DNA of 63,819 nucleotides, filler included, from Pelomyxa schiedti (Eukaryota; Protista; Evosea): assembly GCA_020536535.1 (NCBI GenBank). It is 15 parts of 15 records of this genome, joined end to end, with 100 filler letters (N's around TTAATTAATTAA, not from the genome) between each part and the next. Parts side by side here need not be neighbours in the genome. Positions count along the whole stretch, not along the records: positions 19,713 to 39,191 come from JAHLWZ010000709.1; 14 more parts are not named here. One strand, written 5' to 3'. Position numbers and translations under genes: made by a program. The notes beneath the pieces were generated by a model. It was not told where the DNA came from and made no database searches. It saw only the letters and a list, made by a program, of their open reading frames with translations. Shown here one piece after another: positions 23,381 through 35,821 of this stretch (positions within the stretch are counted from its first letter, which is position 1; every line of letters starts with the position of its first letter).

Positions 23381-26300
23381 ATGGATGCCGACATCGCGGC
23401 ACCGGCACCAGACGACGTCGTCAAAAAACAACCAACAAACAGACAACAACAAGCAACCATTCCAACAACACAACAACCAAGTACTCTACAACGACAAAAC
23501 AAAACGATTGTCGCCAACGCAATTTTCTCCACCGCTACCCCGAATTTGCTTGTTGCAAACACAACACTCAACAGGGTACACGACGACAATGTGCCTATGA
23601 TCGACAAACGCTCGTTCCCGAGGGCTGACCAGCACTTCATACCTGGGGCTGCACCTCAGCTAGTACACAGAAAGCACAGTATATCCGCGGACCCTGTTTT
23701 GAAGGCAAACGCGCTCGGAATTGACCCCTTCACTATGGCAAATGCACCCTTTCCTGGTGGGCCCCCTGATTTTTCGCAGGTTAACTTTTTAGCCTCTGGT
23801 GGTGGCCATTTTCCTCCACCGGCCCCGCCTTCTTTGTCGTTCTTCCCTGCAAGCTCCCCCCTACCTCCGCCAACTCCCAGCAGTACTACTAGTGCCGCCA
23901 CCGCCCTTGCTTCGGCCGCAGCAGCTGCCGCCGCCCAATCGAGTTTTATGTATCCTTCTGTTGGATTTCCTTCCTACAACTTCCAGTCATTTACTGGACC
24001 TCCTGCACCACTAATGTCACCCGCATTCCCTGGCCAGTTTGACCAATTTGTATTTTTCCAGCCACCACAGCCAACTCCAGTATCGCAGCCACCCCCACAA
24101 CCACTACAAGCTCCCACACAAACAACAAGTCGCCTATCCCATCACCACACTCAAGTGACAAGTCCCATCCCACAACCTCCTCCAAGGCACCCAACTGTGA
24201 CCAAGCAAATCGTGCAAAAGGTGGCTCCTCCACCATCAGTTTCAGTGAACCCCCCAAGGATCCTCAACACCCAAGTCAGCAGTAATAAACCTGGAATAAA
24301 AATTGCCACGCACATTGGAGTCCATTCTGTCACACCAGCACCCCCACCTCTTCCAACCGAAGCCCCTCCAGCACTCCCACCTCTTCCAACCGCTCCCCCA
24401 CCACCACCTCTGCCATCTTCGTCCAAATTACCTTACAAAGAAGAAAGGAAGGTATGGGCTCCCAAATTTAATTTTAAATTGTGACTGTGTCAGGTTCGAT
24501 CGCCATCTCGATCTCCAACAAGAAATACTCCAAAATCTTTGTCTAGGGTATCATCAAATCCCTCAACATCTGCAAGTAATACTCAGCTCTCCTTCTCACA
24601 CTCGCCATCCCCTCGGCGAAAGCGAAAGCGGTCTTTCTCTCGCTCACCTTCAAGATCTACCTCCAGATCACCTTTCTCGCGCCCCACTGCTTCTATTTAT
24701 TCTAGATCGCGATCCAGGCAACGATCACACTCGCAATCACATTCTCGATCTCGTTCGTACTCACGAAGGCCACTGTCTCCTTTACGGGGGAAATCTCCAT
24801 TACGTTCCCCAATTCCAGACTCCAGGCGGTCACCATCTTATTCACCGCCTCCTTCGCATACACCACCTGAGAGTATTCCGGAAACTTCTGGTGGTTTCAC
24901 ACAAAAGACAGAAGAGTCTTTGTAAGTCTTCAATTCAAATAATTCTAATCAAAGTAACTTGAAAATTAGGACAAAACGAGATCACTCTCGGTCTCTGTCC
25001 CCACCTTCCCCAAAAAGACCAAGGTTTTCTAAATCTTGTTGTTTTGCTTTTAAATTCACACTTCCTAGGAAATCTTCACCAAATTCCAAACTGCAGTCTC
25101 CTGACAAGTAAAATTTTTCTGTGGTTATGTGCTCTAACTCCAGGCAGGTCTCCGGCACACTCTCCTGTTGCACGAGGTAGATCACGATCTGGTAGTTTTT
25201 CACCCAAGAGGGAATCAACAGGAACACACCCGATTCACTCAAGATCTTCATCAAGGTTTTTTCGCCCTGATACCACAGGTTTAATTTATCTGCAGGAAGA
25301 GATCAATCCCTAGTGAGCGTTCATTGTCACCACGCTACCACTCTCATTCTCGGTCACCCTCCCGTTCTCGTTTCCGCTCTCCTCGCCGGCGTTCTCATTC
25401 TGGGTCTATTTCCCGGCGTTCCTACTCGCGTTCCCGTTCCCACTCACGATCGGTTTCCCACCGACCTCGATCAGGGTCTCGTTCTCGCTCCCACACTCCT
25501 TCGCCATATGGAAACTGGCGAATGTGGTACAGAAGATATCCTAGGAATTACTACCGTAAGTATGCTCATATTTCATTTCCTCTCAGATCAAGCAGGAAGT
25601 AATTACTGTGGGTACCACTATAACTACAACTACGGTTATTACTACGATCCCGACCGGCCAAATATGGCCGACATTTCTCCAGCTTATTATTATAACTGGT
25701 TTACTTTAACCACCCCTAGCTTCTACCAACAACACTTCCAGGAGGTCTGCTCACACCCAATACATTCAACAAACACCAACTACTTCTACCAACAATCAAA
25801 ACCGAATGTTATCCTATAAGCAGTTCATTACAAGCCTCGATAACAGTATCACACCAGACGTCGCCAGAGCTAAATATGAAGAATATCAGGTATATTAACG
25901 CTTCTGGCGCCAAATTGATGAAAACAAAGGAAAAATATCTTGGCACTCTGGCAGTTGCATTTTTTACTACGCACTGTGATGAAGACTGGTTCAGAGAAAT
26001 TTATCACCCAACAGCTATTGCCCAGAAACTGCAACACAGATCAGGTTGGTGAATTACTTCCAGGATCATTATTATTAACCTGGGTGCCAACTTAGAACAA
26101 GCCCGCAAACGACATGAGAAATTCCTTCAAGTAGCAGAGTCTGGTTCCCTTGACTCCTTCAAACCAAGGAAGGAAAAGACTGTGTGTGAAGATAAGCAAG
26201 CTGAGAATAGCACAGAGGAAACGTATGTAGTACAGATGTTATTTTTTTCTAACTCTTATAGTTCCTTTCACTGTATTCTCTTAGAGAATGTTCCCTACAG

Positions 26301-27825
26301 CTGCTCTCACTCATTTTTTTCGGATCTTGTTAAAGATCTTGGTGGCTTTCTCTCTGTTGTGATAAATCCTCCACCTTCCATACTCCAAACAAAATCCTCC
26401 ACTGCAAAGAACACGATTTCATTGGTTGCTTGCAATGGAGGAATGATCGGTGGAGGAGCCGGAGCTTTGGTCCCTCCTCACCAAAATGTGTTACTGCTTT
26501 TCAACAGTGTTAAGAATGCTGCCCGGGGGCTTGATTACATCTCTGGGAAGAAGGTCAGCTATTCTTTTTATTGTTATTACTTACATCTGCAGATTGCGGA
26601 ACTTCACTCTGTAAAAATGAAATTGATTGCCACCCAATGCCAGGAGAGATATGTTGGTGGTGTATTGTCCACTGCTGAACGCATTGTTGAAGACCTACGA
26701 CATGCAGAAAAGCTTTTTCATCATTTTTGTATCCGTGCTGGCGTAAAGGGCGACGATGTACACAATAAACAACTTACAGAGCTGCCTATCTGGTCCAGCT
26801 CAAGTGTACTGTTAAGAAAGCTTGAATGATTTCTAATATTCAGTAGGAGTTGCAACGGCTTGAAATGCTTATTCTGTATCTCAGGGAAGTCCACAATTAC
26901 TGCTATTATTGTGCAAGTGAATACAATAACAGTGAAGAAATGAAGGTTTTGTGTGGTGTGACTCACTGTTGTAGTCAAGAAGCCACTGCACATCCATGCA
27001 CCCAAGGTTGCACATGTTTCTACTTTGTTCCTTTCCTTATTACGCTCAGTGGATGCGGAGCTGCTCGATGCAAAAATAAATGCTCAGCTTAAGATTGATA
27101 CCAAGAGCATGACTTTGAAAGGCATACTTGATCAGTTCAGTACATTTTTTTTTGGTTCCCCTTTTTATTCATATCCCACAGAGAAAAAGAGAAATTTGAT
27201 GCGAAAGTGGTTGTAAAGCTTGAAGACCCCAAAGTGAGATGCGGATTATGCAACAAGCTGTTCAAGTCTGCCGATTTCTTACTCAAGCACATATCCTTCA
27301 GACACGGAGAGGACTTCATGAAGTCCGTGAAAAAGGTGGGAAAGAGTACTTTTTCTGCGCCGCAACTTAAAACCCAAAGATTCTCGAAGAGCAATTCCAG
27401 AAGAATTACTTAGCAGATACCAACAAGCCCCTTTATACCCATGATCAAGACAAACCCTACACAGTAAGCGGCCACTTTCCGGGTACAATCACGCCACTCA
27501 CCCTCCCCACAACCAGGCACAACCCAGCGTCGCTCCACTGCACACGCCGCGGTCCGCGGCCGTAGTATCAGAAGCGCCGTTTGATATTGCCGATACAAGT
27601 AATGTCAGCGGCGAGGCAACCCAGTCACCAAGCAAGGTTAGCAGCACATCCTCTTCCATAACCAAATCCCGTGACTCTGAAGGTACATGTCCCCAGCCGT
27701 GACTGCAATAAACAATAAACAACGCTAAAACACAAACAAACAAACAAACAGACAAACAAACAGACCCGCGGTCAATGGAGCTGCTTGACTATGGGGACCT
27801 CGATTCACCCCCAACTATTCCCTAG
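23381..27825 (+). CDS. SRRT: SERRATE/Ars2 RNA-processing factor with Pro-rich and RS-rich N-terminus, multi-exon
   Basis: SYKQFITSLDNSITPDVARAKYEEY...FFTTHCDEDWFREIYHP; LILYLREVHNYCYYCASEY; C2H2 finger KVRCGLCNKLFKSADFLLKHISFRH; C-terminal LLDYGDLDSP. Start inferred. Confidence 0.88.
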
Positions 27826-28139
27826 TCTCTCAATTCTGCCTGCACCAGCACCGAAACTGTTGCCAAACTAAAAGAACAAATTGTTTTGGACCATTTTATG
27901 GCTTTGTAAAAAAACTTAGACAAAAATGGGTGATAAATGACAAGGTTGTTTGTTCAAATTTCCGACGCTGCACAGGAAAGTCCCAAACACTTTTTGGGAC
28001 GTGCCCGAGCGGAACAGAAACCAGAGAAGAGACATGTCACCCTGCACCCAGGCGCAATGAGCATAATAGTTGGGTTCGCGTATCCATCAACTCTAACTCC
28101 CCCTGAGTCCATGGTGGGTTCCAGAAATCGCCTTCGAGG

Positions 28140-29339
28140 ATGTTTGATGAGCCAGAGGGGTTCTTTGCGCCGGACAAGAAACCCATAACCCAGTACTACA
28201 CACGCAGGGCCCTGCGTGGTGGTTGTTGTTGTGATGGCGCCACGGAAGCTGCTGTGGCTGATCCCAACAACAACAACGTCCGCACTTTGCCCATCCGCCT
28301 CGTTTCTGATCATCCTGTATGTACAGTATGCCCTGCTTCGTTTTTTTTGTTGTTTATAGTATTTTAATTATAAATTTTTGTTGTTGACGTTGGTTTTTAT
28401 TATTATTATTCTCTAGTTGTATGGGCACCTTCTTTGGAACGCAGGGATTTCGGTGAGTGGGCACATTTTTGGTTTTTTTTTTTTTTTTTTCGTTGCGACC
28501 CTGAACCACAACATAATTAATACTGGGTACATAGCTTTCAGATTTTCTTGAAAGTGACCCGGCAATTATTCGTGCAAAGAGGTTTCTTTTTTAAAATCCG
28601 CTTACTCCCTCGTTTATTTTCGCAACAGTGTCCTTGAGCTAGGAGCTGGTGGGGGCCTCCCTTCTATAATTTGTGCACTCGAAGGGGCAAAGCGAGTTAT
28701 TATTCCTGCAGTTCGAAAACACGCATGTAACTTTTCCGTAGGTTGTTATCACTGACTATCCTGATGAACCACTCTTGGAAAACATCCGCTACAACGTGAA
28801 TGAGAACATACCCGCCACTTTCAAGGCAGCATGTTCGGTAGAGGTTGTTTCAGCTCAAAAAGGCTGGAACCTAACGTTCTCACAGGTCATGGGGCATCTT
28901 TGGGGAAAAGCCCCTGAATCCCTTCTGGGACCAGGTGGAGAAAAATTTGATGTCATTTTACTCTCCGACCTTATCTTCAATCACTCCTGCCATGTGAGCA
29001 TGCTCGAAACTTGCGTAGCATGTTTAAAACCTCAAACCGGCAAGGTATGCCCTTTCCTCCCACACAGTAGGTAACCAAACATGCCAACCAAAGATTATTG
29101 TGACATACTCACACCATGTGCCCCGCAATGCTGATAAGGACCTCATGTTCTTTACACTAGCCAAGAATCCCCCATTCAACTTCATGTGCGAGCACCTCTG
29201 GGATCGTGTAATGCAACCGTGTGATTCCTTCACTCACAACATGATTCCCTATAACATTTTCCAAAGAATGTTCCCAGAGGACAGCGGGCCGGTTGAAGTG
29301 AGGTCACAAGTTCACTGCTACTTACTAACACTCCCCTAA
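28140..29339 (+). CDS. EFM7: Protein N-terminal/lysine methyltransferase EFM7 (NNT1), multi-exon
   Basis: MFDEPEGFF...IRLVSDHPLYGHLLWNAG...VLELGAGGGLPS...VVITDYPD...GHLWG...FDVILLSDLIFNH...YSHHVP...MFPEDSG..VRSQVHCY. Confidence 0.9.
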
Positions 29340-29561
29340 ACTCCACTCCTTTTCACTGATACTCCAAGTCTTCTGATGATAAGGAAGACAATTTTCTTCG
29401 TAGAGGGGAAAATAAACAGGAATTGTAGCAAAAATAATGATGTTTTGTGGATTCATTTTACAAAGTGTTGTGTTGTGCCTTGCTGTCTGTGTGTTGGTTT
29501 GTTTGTGTTTGGGCAAGGCTACAACTATACTAGAAGAAAGTAATGTGAGGCGAGGAACACA

Positions 29562-30429
29562 TTACATTACGCCGCTATCGGCAACAGCAATGAGTTTGCG
29601 GCACAGGTTGCTGAAGAGGTTCTGAACGTTCTCGCCTGACTTGGCGGAAACCTCGGTGAACAGAGGGCGCTCACCGCCTCCTTGTTCTATTTGCCTGAGG
29701 TACTCCTCGGCCATTTGGACGGTGATGACACGCTGGTCAGTCAAGTCAATCTTGTTGGCCGCAAGGCTGATGACAATGTGAGGTGGTGCGCGGACCTTCA
29801 GCTCGTCGACCCAACGCTTCATCATATCAAATGACTCCTTGTTGGTGATATCGTACACTGGAAAAAAGTAAGTTTTTGTGTAGTTGTTAGGTTGTGGATA
29901 CCAATGATGGCTGCAGAGGCACCCCTATAGTACATTGGAGTAAGGGAGCGATAGCGCTCTGTTTTCAGTTAGAGAAACGCATACGTAATTTATGTTTCTT
30001 ACCTTGTCCGGCGGTATCCCAAATCTCAAGTTTTACATCGCGGCCGTCAACGTTCATTTTGTGAACTTGGAAGGCGGCGCTAAGATAATGTCATTAAATA
30101 GATAACAGTAAGTTTCACTCGTACCCAATTGTAGTGTCGTGCTTCTCGGTGAATTGGTTGCGGGTTATCCTTGAAACGAGAGATGTCTTTCCTGTGCTCA
30201 TATCGCCCAAAAGAACCAATTTGACACCGCTCTCAAGAGGAGGAGGTTTCCTGCCCTTGTTGTTATCGACAACGACTGTAGTTAGGTTAGCATAGTTCCG
30301 GCTACGGTAAAACACCACAAACACACACAGATCCACCCACGTGGGTGGGAAAGTAACACAAATGCTGACATACGTACCGTGTTTGTTTCCCTTGCCGGCG
30401 CTAGCGTCGTGAGATCCCCCGCAACCCAT
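29562..30429 (-). CDS. Rab5-family GTPase, N-myristoylated/palmitoylated type (ARA6/Rab5B-like), 4 introns
   Basis: MGCGGS...VKLVLLGDMSTGKTS...TTIGAAF...[24 protein letters not shown]...NKID...EVSAKSG...ADSGVM*. No C-terminal Cys. Confidence 0.92.
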
Positions 30430-30739
30430 CTTCACGTTGTTTTGAGTTTTTTTTTGTTGTTTTGTTTCTTGGTTCGGAGAGAGACTGCGGTTGAGCAACA
30501 TCAACCCGTTTTCACTGATCACGCCGAAGATCTGAAGCCCCGCAGTTGCAATTGATAACCAAGATGGAACTCTCAGCAACACGCCCTCTGTGCTGGATCC
30601 CACTGTGCCGTCCTCAACATTCTCCAATTTGCACTGATCTCTCAGTCTAGGTCGGAAGTTCTATGACAGCGAAATCATTTCCTCAGAAATAAATCGTAGC
30701 ATCGATTGGGAAGAGGAAGGGCACCATACATACATAGGG

Positions 30740-31911
30740 ATGGGGTGCGGAGAATCGACAAACAAAGATCCAGCACCGGGTCCAACACGTACACATACTA
30801 CCTTTTATTTAGTGGATCTCTTGTGGTTGTGTTGAGGTTGTTAATGTGGGGCTTTTTTCAGTTTTTTTTTTTGTATCCCATTGACCGTGGTATTGTCTTT
30901 CTTTTGAGGGCATTTCTCTCTTTTTACCTTTTTAAAAGCACGGCCAAGACCGCCACCGTCACTGTCGCGTGGTGTTAAAATGGTGTTGGTTGGCGACTCG
31001 TTTACGGGTAAGACATCCCTTGTTGCACGGCTTATGCACGGCCAATTCATGGACACGCCAGCTACTGTCGAGTACGTAATCTACCACGTACATTTTTATC
31101 CTCACTCAATTGCACCTACATAGCTTAGGTTTATTTTACAATCTTACAATCATTCACTAATATTAACATAGGGCAGCGTTTCAAGTGCACAAACTTCGAG
31201 TAGACGACCATGATATCAAACTCGAGGTACCCTCCACACCACCAAAAACACTTCTCACAAACAGCATCATCGCAGATATGGGATACTGCAGGGCAAGGTT
31301 TCTTTCAACCCTCAATCATTATATTCAATCGAAATGATTTCAATAATGAAATAATAACCAAACTACAGAACGGTTTCGGGCTTTGACCCCAATGTATTAC
31401 CGAGGTATAGGAGGTTCTTTTTGAGAGGTGACTAACTTAAAAAGGTGCATGTGCTGCACTCATTGGTATTTCCTATTAAATATGTTTCCATTTTGTGACA
31501 ATTCTTCTTTCACACCGCAGTATATGATATAACTAATGCGGTATGGTTTTATCCTCCTCGTTTTTGGTTTTCTCATTAAATCCAAATTAGGATTCGTTCG
31601 AAGCCATGAAAAGATGGATAACCGAACTCAAACAGAATGCTCCCGGCAACATCATACTTGGAATAGCTGCAAACAAGCTTGACCTCGCCGATAGCGCCCG
31701 TATGGTTCCAACGTCAGTAGTGGAGGACTATGTACAGGCGCAGAACAAGAATGATGCCACAGTCGGGGGACCACACCACCACTTCTTCTTTGTGGAATGC
31801 AGTGCTCGAACCGGCCAGAACGTTGACAAACTGTTTATTGAGCTATGCAAGAGGCTTATAATTATCTCGGATAAGTCCGGTGCCATCGTTGGAGCCAGCG
31901 GTACTTCATGA
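30740..31911 (+). CDS. Second Rab5-family GTPase, N-acylated type, 7 introns
   Basis: MGCGES...VKMVLVGDSFTGKTS...ATVEAAF...[24 protein letters not shown]...NKLD...ECSARTG...GASGTS*. No C-terminal Cys. Confidence 0.92.
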
Positions 31912-32454
31912 AGAGTCATTGGAATTCAAATGGCCAACACACGAAAGCAAGCTTTGTACAGTTAACACAAACACCCACATTGTCATTTAAATCTTCCACC
32001 CTCCCNNNNNNNNNNNNNNNNNNNNNNNNNNNNNNNNNNNNNNNNNNNNNNNNNNNNNNNNNNNNNNNNNNNNNNNNNNNNNNNNNNNNNNNNNNNNNNN
32101 NNNNNATCGTTGGAGCCAGCGGTACTTCATGAAGAGTCATTGGAATTCAAATGGCCAACACACGAAAGCAAGCTTTGTACAGTTAACACAAACACCCACA
32201 TTGTCATTTAAATCTTCCACCCTCCCAAACAAACCAACTACTACACAAGCAAACAACAATCCACCCCACACAATAATACCAGTTCGAGATTGCAACTGAT
32301 CCCTTTGTGTTTGTCACTAGTACAGTCCTTTTTTTTTTTCCTTTGTACGCTCTTCAAAGATTCATCACCCTGTTTCGGTTCATACCCCGAAAAGTCGCCA
32401 TCACAAGCTTCTTTTCTCCTTCAAACAAAACAAAGAAGAACAAAAAACAAGGAG

Positions 32455-34255
32455 ATGGTTAAAACCGTGTTGGTCATTGAGTGCACATCGTGCGTGAATG
32501 TTATAATAACATTACTATCCGCGTCTTTTTTTTATTTTTTTTATTTTTTGGGCTTTTTGGGTTTTTGAGCAAATTACTCTGTTTGACTTGTCCCCTCCAT
32601 CAACAACACACAGGCACTTCAACTGGTACAATATATTTGCAGGGGCCACATTGGCCAATGGAGAGCCTGTCAATGTGGAACAAACATCATACCAGGACAT
32701 GTCCCTAGTGTCATACACCAACGGCGGTGTGGTTGTTCACCTATCAAAGGTTTGTTTCTTATGTATTGCGTAAAATAATAAAAAGGAGGTTTTAAGTTTA
32801 AAATAAAAATAAAGTGGAGGCCCCGATGGAACAACTCATGTAACAAATGTAGGCCAGGTCACCTCTACCTGGGACCCGTCAGAATGAGAATAGAAGCGTG
32901 AAGATTGATTTCGTACTACTGAGGAGCGTTTCTTGGAGTAAAAACTCTTGTGACAAAAGCGAATTCCTCACAAATACTTCCTATTAGGTATTGGAAACAT
33001 GGATAGCAGGAATCTTCTCTATGGGCTACTGCACAGGTAAAAGAAATATATAATCAGTTATCACTATGTGCTTACTGGTACAGCAATATACCGGCTATGA
33101 ACAGCCTGCAAGCTGCGGTTATGTGCCTTGAAAGACCTGTCGTATGGGGAGCACTGAAAGGAATCCAACAAAAACTTGGTGCTGCCAACTTCCCACTCGT
33201 TGACCAAGCCTATTATCCAGCTCAAAATGTGATGGTAGTCCCACCTGACTACCCGTTCGTGGCAAAGGTTCTCTTTATTCCCTTCTTGTGTGCCACTTCA
33301 CTTATATTGTACTAAGGTTGGCCATGCACATGCTGGTTATGGCAAAGTCCGCATTAATGACGAAACTCAGTTCAACGACTTTAAGTCGCACTTGGCATTG
33401 CACACGGACTATGCCACTTGTGAACCTTTCATTGAATGGGACTATGACATGCGCATTCAAGTACTTGCAAGAACTCAAAGAGCAAAAGCTTCTAACACAG
33501 AAATAGAAAATTGGACCCTACTACCGAGCATTCAAGAGAGTCAGTCCAAATTGGAAAGGGAACACAGGAAATTCTAGCATTGGTATCTAAATGTAATTTA
33601 TTTCTTATGTGTGACCCCATGCAGTTTCCGATGCAGATATGGAACCTCGCTATAAACTATGGGCAGATGAGTGTTCCAAACTCTTTGGTGGCTTGGATGT
33701 AACTTCCCACACTAATTTTTAAAAAGAAGAAACCCTATCTAAACAAACAACACCAAGACATTCAACAGACAATCACTAACATTTCTTCTTTTTTTCTATT
33801 TCTAGATACTCGGACTGGACCTCCTGCACAGCAAAACGGACGACAAGGAATACATCCTAGAGCTCAATGACACAGCCATAGGCTTAGTCCACGTCCACGA
33901 GGACGAGGACATGCGCATCATGAAGGACCTAGTTCTAGTCAAGATGAATGCCATATGGGCCCCAACACCATCCACTCCCCCTCCTCCTGCATCAGCTTCT
34001 TCTTCATCATCATCATCAAGCACTAGTACAAGTGCGGCTAGTACAACGGAGAGTACTACTGCTTCTGGTACTAGTACTAGTGCTAGTACTTCTGCAAGTG
34101 CAAGTAGTACATCACCTTGTGCTAATCCTGAGGAGCAGATAGAGCTGTTGAAGGGGCAACTGGCTGCTGTGAAGAGGGAGAAGCAGGAACTGGAGGCTAG
34201 GGTGGCTGAGTTGACTGCTACTCCGGCTAAGAAGAAGGGGTTCTTGGGGTTTTAA
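32455..34255 (+). CDS. Synapsin-like ATP-grasp protein with Ser/Thr linker and C-terminal coiled coil, multi-exon
   Basis: Colinear with the synapsin C domain: VLVIE...VEQ...DFVLLR...NIPAMNSL...KLGAANFPLVDQAYYP...KVGHAHAGYGKV...YATCEPFIEWDYDMRIQKIG...NWKGNTG...LFGGLDI...EDEDMRIMKDLVLVKM. Confidence 0.9.
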
Positions 34256-34352
34256 TAAGGAGACCGAATTGTTTATCGTCATATGAGGATTGAATAGAAA
34301 AAGAAGTAAAAGAAACGGAACAGCGGAATGGGGCTTATTTAATACCATAAAT

Positions 34353-35483
34353 TTACAACATGCAACATTTTCCTTTGGAGGCAGGCTTTGTGATAGGCAC
34401 TAACACCCGTATTTGTTTCACTGGAGCTATGTGAGTTGAAGAAGGAAAGGGGAAGGGAGGGAACCGATTTCGTAGTACGCGTTCTCGACATTGACTCGGC
34501 TCAATGCTGAGGCTAAGAACGGAACAAGTGAGCGAGGTTGCGTTGCGAAGGGTATTTTACATACTTTCCATAAACTTACAGTTCCACTCTTGGGCTCTCT
34601 GTTCACCCATGGCAACTGGGACTTGCCGGTCATTAATCAAGTCACACTTATTCCCTTGGAGAGTAAGGTGAATTGTGGGTTCAAAGGAAACAAAAGATAC
34701 CAGCAAGGACTATTGGGAGTTGCTCTGAGTAATCTTTGTCCTTTACTTTATACAAACGCATTCGTAGCAAGGGCAAATCCTCAAATGACTCCCGGGAATT
34801 AATTGCATATCTACTTCACATGAGGGGGAGGACGAAATGAAAGGACATACACAAAAAGGAATCCATTTCCGAGGGTCAGATACTGATCCCTCATAGCTGT
34901 AGTACGATTAATTTAGTTTAATAGAGGAAAAGGAAGTCATACCAGAGTATCTACGGAGGAAAAAAACGAAAGGAAAAAACGAGTTAAACAACAGCAAATA
35001 TATAACAATGTACTTACTCATCTTGTCCGGCTGCAAAGAATATTAGTATGCTACGCTTATTTAGAACGGTTTTAGTACAGAGCCACATACCAGTATCCAG
35101 AATGTCCAGAACTGCCACTTTACCATCAATCTCTGCTTGGGTTCTGTAACACTCAGTAAATTTTTGTTAAAAACCGCAGTCATAATAATACCTGTAGGAA
35201 TCTTCGATCGTAGGGTCGTACACCGAAACCTTTGGCGGTTAACGGAGTTTTCACGTGGGGAGAGTTAACAGAGACTTACAAAATGGTGTGACACCAAACT
35301 GATGGTAAGTGCTGATTTTCCAACGGCACCCGGTCCCAACACCACTATTTTGAATACTTGTTGTCCGTTGGCAGTGTCGGGATCTACAGTCGCAGACGCG
35401 GTTTTACTCTGTAGCGTGGGAAAAAAAACCAGTCAGTGTGTTGTCGGGAAACAGTGGCGCTCAAAGGTGACCTTCTTCGGCAT
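34353..35483 (-). CDS. Ras-family small GTPase with CaaX (CCML), about 10 introns including 8-nt and 13-nt microexons
   Basis: KIVVLGPGAVGKSALT...YDPTIEDSYR...LDILDTAGQDEYSAMRDQY...GNKCDL...FMETSA...KGKCCML*. Confidence 0.95.
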
Positions 35484-35821
35484 TGCTAGTAGTATAATTT
35501 AAGATCCGCACGTGACGACGTCGGTATGTGCTGCCGGTGTTGATGTTACTTTTTTTTTTTAATTATCTTAGGTTTGAACGCCGTTCAAACTCGGCCTTTT
35601 TTTGGAATTGAGTTTCACGCTAATCATACCATCACGAACCCGAGTCAAAGCACACTTCGCCGAACAAGGAAGCCACAGCAGAAACGAAGAAAGCCAGGAA
35701 AGCACCTTCGTGATAAGTTGATAAGGACTGTTGCAGTCCAACAACAAGCATCACGTCATGATTCGCGGGGGCTGGGGGTGACCGCTCCCATAATTCGGCG
35801 TTGGGTGGGGATGGAGTGTTA

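Noticed and set aside
31886-32225. Apparent ~120-nt tandem duplications flanking 100-N gaps (also at 36030, 43700, 56040)
   Set aside because: Copies are identical, of constant length and always flank a gap, so they are assembler overlaps rather than real repeats.
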